Positions 24,647-38,780 are shown, counted from the stretch's first letter. The stretch: DNA of 64,000 bases from Octopus sinensis (GCF_006345805.1 NC_043003.1:86676001-86740000), one strand, 5' to 3'. The notes: generated by a model from the letters alone, not told the origin. Translations and numbers: made by a program.

Positions 24647-25912
24647 TGGACAAATGTTGAAGATAGGGTTGATTAAAAAGATAAATGGAAGGAAATTCAT
24701 CACTCTGAACTAAAGAAATTTATTGGACTGATTATTCTTATAGGTGTTTATAAATCTAACCATGAAAATGTCACACAGTTACGAAGTCAAGAAGATGGTC
24801 ACCTAATACTCAACAAAATTATGAGCCGGGGAAGATTTCAACAGATTTTACAAGATTTTGCCTTTTGATGATGCTAGTGCAAGAAGAAAAAAGAGAAGTG
24901 ATGATGAATTGGAACTCATAAGAGAAGTATTTGAAATGTGGAATCAGAATTTGCAAGTTGTTCCAAGTTGGTGCATGACAATTGATGAACAATAAGTTTT
25001 ATTCAGAAGGCGCTTCTCATTCGGGGTTCCTTCAAAACTAGGGAAATATGGAATTAAAATTTGGGCAATATACGACAGTGAAACATGTTATGCCAGGAAA
25101 ATGCAAATCTACACTGGAAACATCCCCAGTAAAAGGGGGAAAGACAAATCAATGTTCAAGAGTTGTTGAAGACCTAGTAAAAGAACTTGAAAATACTGGA
25201 CACAGTATAACTTGTGATAATTTCCTTACAAGTCTAGGATTGGCTTGAAAGCTGCTTAGCAAGAAAACTACTTTAGTTGGAACAATTAGAAAGAACATAC
25301 ACTTGCAAAAGAATGACTCGAAGATGGCCTGTGTTTATATTCTACAACATGATTGATATAAGAGCAGTGAATGCTTTCATTGTTGTTAAACACCTTCACT
25401 TGCAAAGTTTCAAGGATAAAAGAAGGCAATGCCTAATTCAGTTAGGAAAGGAACTTGCTGAAGTTAATACTAAAGAAGAACATGACAAACAATCTTCTAG
25501 TTCCGCTAACATTTCTCAACCAAACAAGAAAAGAAGACGATCTTCAACCTCATTTGAGATTCCTCAGCCAAAGAAAAAAGGAAGATGTTCTTTGTGCGAC
25601 CCCAAAAAAGACAGGAAGACTCGTACTACATGTAAGAATTGTAATATCCATGTTTGCCAAGAACAATCCAATGTCGTCAGCATTCCCTGCCATGAGAGCT
25701 GTAATTCAGTATTTTTATAATTTTTTAATTTATGATATATTCTGTAAGCTGTACTTTTTTGTTAAAATTTGTTAGAAACAATAATTCTTCAGTCACCTGA
25801 TAGCTAAGAAATAGCTAGTTTGAATAAAATTTAATTAAAAGAAAAATATTGGGTTCATTGGACCCAGTTGGTACTTAGTGACATACATTTTCTCTGGTAG
25901 ACCAAGGGTTAA
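24647..25912 (+). mobile_element. piggyBac transposase pseudogene (PGBD4-like) with right end
   Basis: ELKKFIGLIILIGVYKS, MTIDEQ, PSKLGKYGIKIW, ITCDNFLTS, WPVFIFYNMID, C-terminal CSLC..TCKNCNIHVC; terminates in AGGG|TTAA at 25905-25912. Confidence 0.9.
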
Positions 25913-26590
25913 AAAGTATATAATTATAGCTTGAGACACACCTGCAGTGATTTAATAGTTCGAATCTTTCGTATATTACATGTTCATTATGAACAGTTCA
26001 CAATATAAATATGATTTGAAAGAACCTATGCGTGTATAATGCAGCTTGCTGTAAAATTCACTATTTACAGTTAAAAGTTAGGGTGATCCATTCAAAAATT
26101 AAATATACTTGAAGAAACACGTTCAAAATGTATGCATGCTTAAAAGAATGGATATTCTGGCAAAATCGCTTCTTGAATTTCATTTTAGAAAATCTAATGT
26201 AACATCTAAACTAAGTGCTATTATTTAACTGCATCTTAGCACAATAATTTCGAAAGGAAATTGTGTTGAAAGGAAAGCTATCTGGAGCAATGCAATTACC
26301 GGTAAGAGTGGAGACAGAATTACTGTCAGAGAACATCTTTTAATAGAAATGGTTAATTGAGCAAGCAAATTTTATAGCAGAAATAGCAATTGTTGCATGA
26401 GCTTCGGCTGAATATACGATATCTATCTATGACTCGTCAGAAAATTAAAACTAATCAAATTTGGAATTTATTGTAAATATTTGACATTACATTTAAACTA
26501 ATGGGTAGATAATATTCCCAGCTATTTCTCTGTGTATATGTGTGTGTGCATGTGTATATACGTATGTGTGTGCGTGTGTGTGTGTGTATA

Positions 26591-27369
26591 CAGGGTGCGA
26601 TGAGTAAATTGTCACCATTTTATATTTTTAATTTCGCGCATTGTTTGTTTTTGACTTTGTCGACTACACAGTATAGTAGGGTCACTCTACCAGAATTTTG
26701 TAAACGACATGCTGTACTGCTTGGCATTCGCACCGGAATCGCCAATATGAACATTTCAGAGTGTTTGTGTGTGAATATGAGGACAGTGCAATCTGAAGAC
26801 ATGTACCAAGGATGATACAAATCAAACATCCAGTCAGTATCATGGTGTGTCAAATGATCACTAGTGATGTCGACGCTATGCCTCCATTCATCTTCCCGCA
26901 GGGCCGGCCTCACACTCAATACGGAGGCCTACATCAAGTGCCTGAAGGAGGTAGTGCTGCCACACAAGCAAGAGAACCCAATCATGGCTGTCAGACAATT
27001 TCAGCGACTATACCACCCCTAATATCTAACCACCTAACTCTCCAAACTGCAACCCCCTTGATTATTATGTGTGGGACACAGTTAAGCGAGAGACCAACAA
27101 AATTCCTTGTGACACCAAAGATGAACTGAATGCAAGTATTATGGCAGCATTCAGCAACTTAAACAAGAAGACACCTAGAAAAGTTACATAAGATTCCGAA
27201 GTCGTCTGAAAGCCGTGGTTGAAGCCAATGATGATTTTATTGAATAAATTTACTCTTTTGTATTTCAAAATATTTTATGTAATTTTGATAAATATAACTG
27301 TTAAAATGAGATATCTGTATTATTTCCATTTCTGCCCAATTTAGACGACAGTTTATTCACCGCATAATT
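26591..27369 (+). mobile_element. Tc1/mariner (maT-like) element, internally deleted
   Basis: TA|cagggtgcgatgagtaaattgtcacc with a degenerate right TIR; MPPFIFPQG..NTEAYIKCLKEVVL, SPNCNPLDYYVW, TKDELNASIMAAF. Confidence 0.8.
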
Positions 27370-27375
27370 TATGCA

Positions 27376-28270
27376 TTAGGTCGTCGAGTATGAACTTTGT
27401 AGGAAAAAAAGTTTGTTAGTGTTTTATAAATACAAGGAATAGTTTTATTCATCAAAGTATGCACCCATATTGTCAATACACTTTTGCCATTTGAGCAGTA
27501 GCTTGTCCAACTCCGAACTGTAAAAGTCTGGCAATCTAGAGTCAATAAAATCTTGGAAGGCCTCTTTTACAGCATAGTCGGAATTAATTTTTTTCCTATC
27601 AAAATGTTATTCAAGTGGAAGCCAGTGGGGGAAAGATCAGGTGAGTATGGTGAATGATGGAGAACTTCCAACTCCAACTGCTATAGTTTCGCCAATGTCA
27701 TTTTTGCGATGTATGATCTGGCGTTGTCTTGCAATAAAACAAGAGTGGATCTGTTGACTAATCTAGGCTGTTTTGTCCAACCATTGTGCTGAATGTTTAC
27801 GGTTGTTGTATTGGATTCATTTCTTATCGCATGTTACAATTCGATTCAAAAATGATTCAATTTTGTGGCGAAAAAGTCACATAATGCAAGTTTCCAAACC
27901 TTGCTGTTTCTGATTTTCATTGAGTTCATGTGGAACCCATTTATCCAAATTTTTCACTTTAACAATTTGAACTAGGTGAGTCAATATTGTTTGCTTGCTA
28001 ACACCAAACAAAAACGATAATTCACGGGCACTTTGAAATGGATCTGACACGACATTATCCACTTTTGTTTCTGGTCGATTACGTTGTTCATTTGTGAGGT
28101 CAAAGTGACCAGAACGAAAGTTTGAAAACCAATTTGACACTGTCTGCTCTGTGATAACATTAGAAGGAAATACTCCATTAATAATCCAGGCTGTCAGTGA
28201 TGCTGTATTTCCAAGAATTTCCGACTTATCCATCTCCAAACAAAAATAGCAAAAGCGATTTATAAATACT
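27376..28270 (-). mobile_element. mariner transposase pseudogene
   Basis: NWFSNFRSGHFDLTNE, DKWVPHELNENQK, RIVTCDKK, LLQDNAR, HHSPYSPDL; one TIR (ttaggtcgtcgagtatgaac) at 27376. Confidence 0.88.
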
Positions 28271-28311
28271 TTATAAAGCGCAAAATGAGTTAGAATAAAG
28301 AAATAAATGTG

Positions 28312-30570
28312 TCAGCTTTCTAACAAAAAATAAAGATTACCAAAATATAATAAGGGGAGATCATTTGAGATGAGAGGGATCTTTGGCATGAAGACATTCC
28401 TACACATCATGTTTCCTGTGATCATTGTTGCATCCAACTCATGGAGTATGGCTGTTTTAACAACCAGACTTGTTCCATTGCAGAGCCTGGGTGCATCAAG
28501 GTTTCGTAACAACATTATGAGAGCACCTGTTTTTATGATCAGAATTTGTGGTGGAAAACCTGGTGGTTGAAGTGAATTGAGGAACTCAATTGTGTAATGC
28601 GTTGCCTGTTCTTGATCAGTGACAGAGTCAATTGATCTGTATGAACATTCAGTTCCTGGAAGCTGAGACAACAAATCTAGAATCAGCTGTGCACAACATC
28701 ATTCCTTGGTGTCAGAATTGTTCTTTCACAAAGCCATTTATCACTTTGTAGTTTGTGGCAATGTTTGGAAAGACCTTGCTCTTTAGTTCTTCAAGGGAGG
28801 CAACCATATTGCCACATTAAAGGTGGTTCAGGCTATCTTCTGGATCCTGTGGAAGTTTTCCTTTTCAAATGTCAAGTAACTTCTTTGAGAACTCTGCAGC
28901 TAATTGGTCACTGTGAATGTGAACTCTCATGCTAGTTGTCAGAGTAAGTTGCTTGACATGTAGCCAGATATATGAGGACTTGATGCAAGCTCTCAGCTCA
29001 TCTGCCTTTGTTCCTCTGGGAATGACAGGCAGAGTTTGCCTGAAGTCACAGGCCATGAGAAGTGTGATACTACCAATGACCTTCTTATTGTTTCTGAAGT
29101 CTTGTAGTATTCTTTCGAGAGCTTCAAAATTTGCCTTATGGAACATTGCTGCCTCATCCCAGACAATGAGTTTGGCATTTGTAAAGAGCTTTGCTAATGC
29201 TGTATTCTTTGATATGTTGCATAATGAGATTAATTTTGGATCAGGTTCAGAGGTAGTTTGATTGTTGAATAGACTGCTATTCCGCCTGTTAGGAGTGTGG
29301 CTGCAATTCCAGAGGATACAACAGCTAGAGCAATCCCCTTCTGTCTCACCTTGGCAAGAAGCATGTTCATCAATAATAAAGGAGTATCTAAGAAGAAGGC
29401 CTCCTCCTTTTGATCCTATACCAGAAGTGGTTCCTTCTCATTGACAATTGCTTGCAAACTCCCCATGTTGTATGATGTTTCTCTGACTAGTTCTTGTGCT
29501 AACCTGTGTTGAACATCTCTGATAGGACCTGGAAGACGAAGTTTGTTTCCACCCAGTAATCGAACCTCGTCATCTATTAAGTTTAATGCTTCACTGAAGA
29601 TGTCATCATTGAATGTGACATCACCCTCATGCTGATATTGAATTCTTTGAAGAATGTCTTCACAAAGCCCCACCGTGTATTTGTACCAGAGTTGTTTCGG
29701 ATTTGACAATCCACAGTTCACCAGCATTATGGATAAGATGGCAAGCCTGGCGAAATGTGTTGCCAACCGTACGTAAGGCAGTGAAGGATGCGGGTCTCTT
29801 GACAAGGTGTAACAGAAGCCTTAGATAGTAGTACTCTGAGTAGTTGGGATGGACAACATAGACTCTGCCAATTGTGCCTGATTTATTGATTCCAAGTGGG
29901 TATTCTAAGTGCACGTCGCTTCCATTCTTTTTTGGTCCAAGTGTAGTATTGTGGAACTTATTGTATAGCAATCATGCAGCAATTTCATCATCCTGACAGA
30001 GCTTGAAGAATGCTGTAAGTGTGGTATACTTTGGAGCTTCCATTTGTTGTTGCACTATGTCCGGGGTGAAGTAAACCTTTTCTCCATTCTCCAAGTGTTC
30101 CACGTGGGGATATCTCTCATGAATGGAGAACTTGAAGATACTCCAACATGCTTCACTACTGCTGATATACCTCCCCATTTGGAAGGTCTTAATCTCATCA
30201 TTGTTCCGTGAATCCCGGACTGCAAAGACTGTCATGTCAGATCCCTTGTTGACATATTTGCACACATACTTAATGGATTTCACTGAGTTACAGAACTCAA
30301 AATTGATATGTGCCTTGGATATTTTGGAGATGAGCGGACAGTATGATACTAGCCACCTGTTGTCAAGTTACTTTTCAATATGAGCTGACGTCTTGATAGT
30401 GGTTTCAAACCTACCCTCACCTGGTTTTTGTCTTCTGTTGAAGGGATAGCTATCATGTCCAGTTTGGGTATCTCAAAGAAATTTCTTTGAAAAGCCTTTT
30501 GTACACTTTCTACCCTGCATGCATGGAGCATGTAGGTTGATGTTCCCACATGGACCATTTACCAATTCGA
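28312..30570 (-). mobile_element. Helitron Rep/PIF1-helicase pseudogene (multiple frameshifts)
   Basis: KSIKYVCKYVNKGSD, GRYISSSEACW, TIGRVYVVHP..EYYYLRLLLH, DFRQTLPVIPRG, LQPPGFPPQILIIKTGALIMLLRNL..PRLCNGT. Confidence 0.92.
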
Positions 30571-31177
30571 AGAATTCCATGCTATCAATCTCACGCAATA
30601 AAATTTTAAAAGAAAAAGTTATGAGTGTTTGTTTCTCAAATTTGAAGGTGATAATATAGTTCTACATTTTTTAATGAATATAGTTCTATAAGGGTACTTT
30701 TAATTTATATCACCGGCATTATTGAGGTAAGGAAAAAATTATCAATGACACCGCTAATTTGCAATTAGTTTAATTACGTCACCTGTATTAATTAATACAA
30801 TTATATTATGTAAACGCAGTCCTGTAATATCTGAGTCGAGAAACAGAATCGTACTAGTTTACATTGACAGGAATTTTATCAGTTTTTAAGGCTTACTCAT
30901 TGGACTATTCAACCACGGTAGTAGTTGAATAATATTCTTAAGGCCGTAATTTACTTACACGCAGCACCTTTCAGAGCTTTATCGCCAATTCCGTTCTTAG
31001 CCTAATTGAAAACTGTAAAATTTTTGAAGATGAGATAGCTGGTCCTCAACCTTTCCAAGTGTAATAATTTGTCCTGTACTTTTCCAGGTTTATAATCTTA
31101 AGAATATTATTTCTCTTGCTCGCATTTTCCCATGTCATACATACACACATACATACATACATACATACATACATACA

Positions 31178-31213
<36 letters not shown>

Positions 31214-31898
31214 GATAGAGAGAGATACGCATAAACACATACATATGTGTGTGAAAGAGAGAGAGTGAGTGAGAGAGAGAGAGAAAGCAGATGTGTTTCC
31301 GACTGTATATATGTAGATGTATGTATGTGTTTGTGTGTCTGTGTGCGTGCGTTTGTAATGCAACACAATGATGATATCCTGTCAGCTCTGTCGTTTGTTA
31401 CTTATAAATGCTTTCTCTCCGTTTATCTTACACAACTGTCTTATATTTCATTGTTCTTTATTACATAATAGTTTTTTTCTATCTTTATACTTCATCTATT
31501 TTGTGGTTCTTTTTTTCACTCCGAAATATTTCCAGTATTCAAAGGTTAAAGTCCTCTCACCATCTGAGATCGTGATTATGGCCTTCGGAACGTATTTCCT
31601 TCCAGAAATCTAATGGCGTTAACCTATTTTATCATCTGATTACATGTCTTCGGATATCACCAGCCAGTTTCTCTTGAAATTTAGAATGATTTTCCGTACA
31701 TTTAGCCTTCAACATAGTTCAGAACTGAATCGATTGTTTTATTTTTCTACTTAGTATTACATTGCAAGCATACTTACTTTCATAAATACATATGTATATT
31801 TCAGACTGATGACCTACTACGCTGAGGACTTATGTAATGAAATTCAGCTACTTGAGTTACATGTGTAGCCTATATAAGGCCTATTCCTTTTTTATTGG

Positions 31899-31947
<49 letters not shown>

Positions 31948-31966
31948 ATATATCTATCCTTTTATT

Positions 31967-32001
<35 letters not shown>

Positions 32002-32188
32002 AAAACGAAGAGGAGAGTGGAGATTTATTTACATCCCAAACATTTTTTTATTATATATAAATGAATATATATATATATAAATATATATATATAATATATA
32101 GATATATATATATATTATATATATATATATATACTATATATATATATATATATAATAATATATATATATATATATATCTATATATTAT

Positions 32189-32227
<39 letters not shown>

Positions 32228-32285
32228 TATAAAAATATATATATATATATAGATATATATATAGATATCTATATATATATATACG

Positions 32286-32344
<59 letters not shown>

Positions 32345-32346
<2 letters not shown>

Positions 32347-32652
32347 AGGTGCAATGGCCCAGTGGTTAGGGCAGCGGATTCGAGGTTGTAGGATCGCAGT
32401 TTCGATTACCAGACCGGGCTTGTGAGGTTTATTGAGCGAAAAACCTCTTTAAAGCTCCACGAAGCTCCGGCAGGAGGTGGTGGCGATCCCTGCTGTACTC
32501 TTTCGCCACAACTTTCTCTCCTCTTTTCTTCGTGGCTGCTCGCTTAGCCAGCGGGGTGGATATTTGAAGGCTTAAAACAATACGAATCGCATTGTGACCA
32601 GCGAGGGGTAGCAACATCTGATAGCCTGGTCAGTCACGGTGATCACGGTGAT
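32345..32652 (+). mobile_element. tRNA-derived SINE (family C) inserted in (TA)n
   Basis: ggaggtgcaaTGGCCCAGTGGttagg (A box), gtttcgattacc (B box), short tandem tail cacggtgat x2. Confidence 0.8.
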
Positions 32653-32996
32653 TTATATATATATCTATATATATATAATTGACAAGGAAGAGGAGAGTGG
32701 AGATTTATTTACATCAAAACTTTTTTTATTAAAATGTTTTGTACAGCATATATAACACTGGTTTACATATGTTTCGACTGCATGGAATATTTGCAGTTCT
32801 GAATAGGAAAATGGAACTACCCAGCAAGTGAAACTTACAAATACCAGTATCTCTTTTAAGCTTGAGTACTATTTAATTGGATCGTTGTGGATAGCCGACA
32901 TCTATGCCTATTTGTGATGTAATATGGTACCCGCTAGTATAATGTGTCCCTTTAATACTATATATATGTACATACACACATACACACATACACACA

Positions 32997-33212
32997 CGAG
33001 AGATGCTGAAAAGTCCTTGGCAATGGGTAAAAGAAAATACAGAGGAATCAGTTAATTATGATTTTATTCAACAAACTCCCCTCTCAGATTCGTACACTTA
33101 TTGCAGTGGTCCTTCGGTTTTTCTAAGGCTTGTGAAAGAACTTGGAATGTTGAGTCTCTAACCATGTATTTCATGATATCCTTAAAGCCAGGAACTTTTC
33201 AGCAACACACCG
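32997..33212. mobile_element. mariner-derived MITE (216 bp)
   Basis: TIRs cgagagatgctgaaaagtccttggc / gccaggaacttttcagcaacacaccg, followed by TA. Confidence 0.75.
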
Positions 33213-33322
33213 TACATATACATGTTATGTATAGGCATATGCACAAGGATATATGCATATATGAATACAAATAGATAAACAAACATATATATATATACAT
33301 GCATATTTATCTGCCTGTCTAT

Positions 33323-33336
33323 ATAATAACAATAAC

Positions 33337-33415
<79 letters not shown>
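33323..33415. repeat. (TAA)n microsatellite
   Basis: Direct reading. Confidence 0.95.
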
Positions 33416-33416
<1 letters not shown>

Positions 33417-33611
33417 GTTAAGGAAATGAAGAAGAAAAGAGAAAAAGGATTTTAACAAAAAGAATAAAATGAATATAATAGAATTAAACAAATTGAGAAT
33501 AGAATATAAATGAAGGGTGATAATAGTATTCAAATATGTACTCATCCATACAAACGCCCCAAACGCACATATATGCATATGTACTTACACATATACATGC
33601 ATATACGTATG

Positions 33612-33674
<63 letters not shown>

Positions 33675-33792
33675 TGTATTGTTCTTTCAACATAATTAAA
33701 GAACCGGTCTTGCATTGCTCATCAATCTAAGGGTTAAAAATAGACATTGCGCATATTCCTAGAGGACATAATTGTTCTCTCATTTTCTACCT

Positions 33793-33839
<47 letters not shown>

Positions 33840-34675
33840 GTGTATACATGTACATGCATACACACATATATATATAGCCACACATGCATAGATGTATATA
33901 TACATATGTGTATGTATGTGCGTGTCTCAATAGATGTATATGTGTGTGTGCATATGTTATATATGTGTATATGTGCATGTATATAAGTATATGTGTATAT
34001 ATGTGTTTCTGCGTTCGTGTGTGTGTGTATGTGTGTGTGTATGTATACACATAGATGCATACATACACAAATAGATACAGACGAATGCTCGCATACACAC
34101 ATGTACGTAGATGGAAATGAAGTTGGAAAAATTAAATGTATGTAAGAGGTTAGGAAACTGCAGTGCCAGACTAAAAATGGTCGTTGTGGAGCTTATGACA
34201 TAAAATAAGACGCAATGTTTTTGTAATGATAAAATATACATGCTCAAAAATCAACGAAATGCTTTCTGGGTACATATATTTATATACATGGGCATGCAAA
34301 AGGTAATTAATTAATCTACGGTGAACAGAAATTCTCTAAACCAATTCACGGTGAAAGCAAGAAAAATATCAATTAAGAAACCTTATAAGTTGCCTTCCCC
34401 GTTTCATATATCTCATTTTGAAATACCGCATGCCCTTGTGTAACTTTGTGTATTCTCATCCGAAATGGAGGCGATTACCGGCATTTATAAGTGGATCGTT
34501 TGAATGATTATAAAAGTCGTCTCTACATAAAACCATTGGAAACATCATAGTAAATCCTCAAATAATATAGATAGATAGATAGATAGATATACATAATACA
34601 TACATACATATACGAACGCAGGAGCTCACACACGCACACATGCACACACAGGCACACACACACAACAACACACAC

Positions 34676-34732
<57 letters not shown>

Positions 34733-35029
34733 TATATATTATATATATATATGTTGGTGATGCAAACAAAAATATAGAACTCCAAACTTGAGCATAAATA
34801 CGTTTTTTATCAATAACAGGTGGAAGTTGCAGAGTGTCGGATTTTTATTGTAAAAATATTGATTTCTATATTGTTATTTGTTAATTATATGTTACGATAA
34901 GTATATTTACTTATTATTATTATTATTATTATTATTATTGTTGTTGTTGTTGTTGTTATTGTTGTTGTTATTATTATCTTAACTTATTACATATAATTTA
35001 GATTGGGAAAGAGTTTTATAAGACAATTT

Positions 35030-35590
35030 CTTATCGAATAGGTAGTAAGGATATACTATAGTTTGTTATTTTCTTCTATAAGTTTAAATATATTTTCATA
35101 GATAAAATAAATATTTCTATCTATTTATTCTATTTTTATTTACACCACGTTTTTAACGAGATAAATTTATTATAAACACTAAGTCATACGTATTAAGTTT
35201 AACGATTTAGTTAACAGAATACATTCAATAAGATATTTCATGTTTTTATTTTAAGATATATTGTTGAATCTTGTTCGATTTTTTTAATTGTAAAATTACG
35301 TATATTTATATATATTTATATTTTCTTATAAGATATTATACGTATTAATTATTTTATTGCTTTTATCTTAGACATAATGAGTGACTGCATTTAAATTGAA
35401 TTGATTTTATTATCTATTTGAAAATATCGCCACGAAACACGTGTAGTCTATTTACTAATTATATACTATTTATTTATTATTGCATACATTATTTAGTTCT
35501 AGGTAAATGTTTTATCGTATCTTTAATTTTCTATATGGTATGATTAAAGTATATCATTTTGAATTGCTACATGGTGGTTCTTCTCTAATT
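35030..35590 (+). mobile_element. degenerate PLE 3' end: ORF C-terminus remnant, hammerhead-like motif, tail into (TA)n
   Basis: YRIGSKD and RDKFIIN remnants; UAGAC-AUAAUGA-GUG...CAC-GAAACACGUGU-A-GUCUA at 35369-35450. Confidence 0.45.
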
Positions 35591-35620
35591 TATAAACATG
35601 TATTATATATATATATTTAT

Positions 35621-35653
<33 letters not shown>

Positions 35654-35657
35654 GTAC

Positions 35658-35740
<83 letters not shown>

Positions 35741-35748
35741 ATACATAC

Positions 35749-35805
<57 letters not shown>

Positions 35806-36227
35806 TATATATAATATATATATATATATATATACAGATACGTTAATTTCGAACAGTGAGAATGAGTGCTCAATACTGTATTCATCGATAAATATTCTTT
35901 ACTCGTGAGGTAACCAGAATACTATATGTTTCATGTTGGAAGAGACATCTTTCAACAATTATGTATTCAAGTCTGTACCTTTGGACGTTGGTGTTTGTCT
36001 CCATCTTGGATTAAATGCAAAACAAATCAATAAAGTCACGTGAAATCATGTGGTGTCATGCGAGACACCACAGGATTTCACATGACTTTATGTATACATA
36101 CATATGCATATATGTATGGATACCATATTTATGTGTATATATGTGTGTGTGAGTGTGTGCGTGTGTGTGTGCGTGTGTGTGCATGTGTATTTGTATCTAT
36201 CTATCTATCTATATATATATATATATA

Positions 36228-36487
36228 TCGTGTACTTCGTTCGTTTTCCGTCCTCGTGTTGTGTACATTCGAAGCTTTCTTCCAGGGGATCTAATGCGCT
36301 TGGCTTAGATTTCCCTTGGCGGGCTGCCCAAATCGGAGCAATCTCAAGATTAATCAGCCGAAATTGCTAAGATGATCTGGTTCCTGACTGATGACTGAGG
36401 GCTTCGAATGTCCGTCCTGTGGTTCTTGTGTCGTCTCTGTGGTGTTTCATGTTCTTGTCCATGTCTGTAATTATTTTTACTGTTTAC

Positions 36488-36490
<3 letters not shown>
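36228..36490 (+). mobile_element. ~260 bp non-coding element embedded between two (TA)n tracts
   Basis: Unique GC-richer block with (TA)n on both sides; contains CUGAUGA...CUUCGAAUGUCCGUC (weak hammerhead-like remnant). Confidence 0.4.
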
Positions 36491-36547
<57 letters not shown>

Positions 36548-37043
36548 TATACATATATATATGAACATTTTCCTACCTATGTTTCTTTTTAATATCACTT
36601 ATTAGAATACAGGTACAATTCGGTATTTTCAATGCAAACATGTCTTTTATGTCTTCTTCGCTGACGAGACGAAATATCACCGAAACATATTCAAATTCAG
36701 ATTAATAATATTAGTCTCCAAATACTTTTCCACGTTTCATATGTACATAATTTGAATTTCATAATAAATTCGTTATTGTTAGAGTAAGATGATTCATTCA
36801 GAAACATATACTTATATATGTGTGTAGGTATGTGTGTGTGCGGATGTATGTATGTGTGTTAGTCTAATTATCTATAGTTAAATCAAATTATTTACTTATG
36901 CCTAAAGCTTTCCTGCATCTGTTGCTAGACCATTGTTCTCGTCGATAACTTTGAAATAATCAGGCAACACTCTCAACCGAACAAAGTTTTAGGTATGAGA
37001 AAATGAACAGGGTTAACAATACTCAATTATAGCAGACAATACG

Positions 37044-37122
<79 letters not shown>

Positions 37123-37819
37123 TATGATATAAATAATACATAAATATATGCATATATACATACATATATGTACATACCTACATCTATATGTATATATACG
37201 TGCATATATGGGTACAGGACATTGAACACAATGAGAAACGAAAACATAAAAGCAAAATCATGGAAACGAACTTTTTTTTCAAACAACGAAAAAACAGAGT
37301 ACAAGACATGCAACACAAGGAATATTCCTCTTCTTCAGTTGTCCCTGTTTCGTCTACTCCGCAATTCGAAGGTAAGGACAAGACGTGACTCGTTGAAACA
37401 GTCCTTCCCGCAAAGCAAATTAAATAAAAATTTGGGATTTTTTTTGCGAGGGGTAAAAGTGGTAACAAGAACAGGACAGTAAGAACAAAGCAAAACAGTA
37501 AAAACAATACAAGTAAAAACAGTAAAAGACAGAACAAAGAGAATAACACAGTAAAAACAAACGATGAGGGATGTTAAGTCAAGACGATGTAAAAATTATT
37601 CTGAACGCTTGAGGAGACGGCTTATGACAGAGACAGGATAAGCGGTCTGGTCTTGATGAAGATAGCAGTTGGAAAGATGGCATCCCTCTGATTACGTGTC
37701 AGTGACGAGAGAATCGAGGAGAAGGAGGAGGGGTTAGAGAGAGGGAACGGTGAAGGGGAGAAGGGAAGAATAGGGAAGGGTGGAAGAGAAAAAACAACAT
37801 GTACGAGTGTGTTACATAT

Positions 37820-37868
<49 letters not shown>

Positions 37869-38069
37869 CTCGTACATGTATATATACATATATCACAAAT
37901 GTGTGCGTGTGCATGTGGATGAAGACCATATACACATTCACTCAACACATGTACGCATATTTACATACATATACTTATAAATATGTATATATGTATGAAT
38001 GTACGGATCTCGTTATCTATATTAATATAAATAAATATACACGCCATTCGGACTAAAATTGATAATTTG

Positions 38070-38505
38070 TATAAAAGGAAATGGTGAATGCTTTCTTCGC
38101 TGTCTCCCTGGAAAAAATTTCGAACACCTTCTAGATGTTGGCCACCACCTCGGACTTGGTGTCGCAGACAGAGCCGTTGTTTCTTTCTAAACTGCGCCCT
38201 ACACATAGTAGTTCACAGCATTACAAGCGGAGGAACTTGAGGCTAGTGAAGTCGCAGAAATTCTCAAAACAAAACTACTTCTGACTATTTCTTGTGTATA
38301 TGGCAAGGTGCTAATTCCTGCTGTTACACATATGGCCTTCCTGCAGCAACCCTCTCCAGAATTGACCACAGTCTCCAACTGCTTCCCATAGCCGTCTGGA
38401 TTGAGCCTAAGGACCTATTTAAAGATGTGGGGCGGCATGACGTGACCCTCGCCGGAGACACGCAGAAAGACCATCACAGATTGGAGGAACTTGATTTCCA
38501 TAATG
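38070..38505 (-). mobile_element. Tc1/mariner (maT-like) transposase fragment
   Basis: Minus strand VMVFLRVSGEGHVMPPHIF..LRLNPDGY, RPYV*QQELAPCH, NYYV*GAV; same type as 26591-27369. Confidence 0.7.
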
Positions 38506-38626
38506 TTTTATGTCCCGTTTTACAGTCTTTACAATGCTCACAGAACACTGAGCAGCAGTCATGATGTCAGCATTTTGATTTCCGGCGGGAATCACCATGA
38601 CACAGGTAACTCCTTTCCAATATTGA

Positions 38627-38780
38627 TTTCAAATTTTGGCACAACACCAGCAAATTCGCGGGACGGTGTGGGTCGATTACATCGACCCCAGTTATCAGCT
38701 GGCACTTCATTTATCAACTGCGAAAGTACGAATGGCAAAGTCGACTTTGTCGGAATTTTAACTCAGAACACGAAGACAGG
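38627..38780 (-). mobile_element. SINE family B fragment
   Basis: caaattttggcacaacaccagcaa...gtcgattacatcgaccccag...ggcaaagtcgactttgtcggaatttt. Confidence 0.7.

Noticed and set aside
28312-29261. Host PIF1 helicase gene
   Set aside because: Contiguous with Helitron Rep motifs, intronless and frameshifted.
32345-32420. tRNA gene (also considered for the other SINE heads)
   Set aside because: A and B boxes are present but there is no complete cloverleaf, and it continues into a SINE body.
37200-37800. Purine-rich block with short ORFs
   Set aside because: Might be LINE-derived, but no diagnostic motif was recognised.
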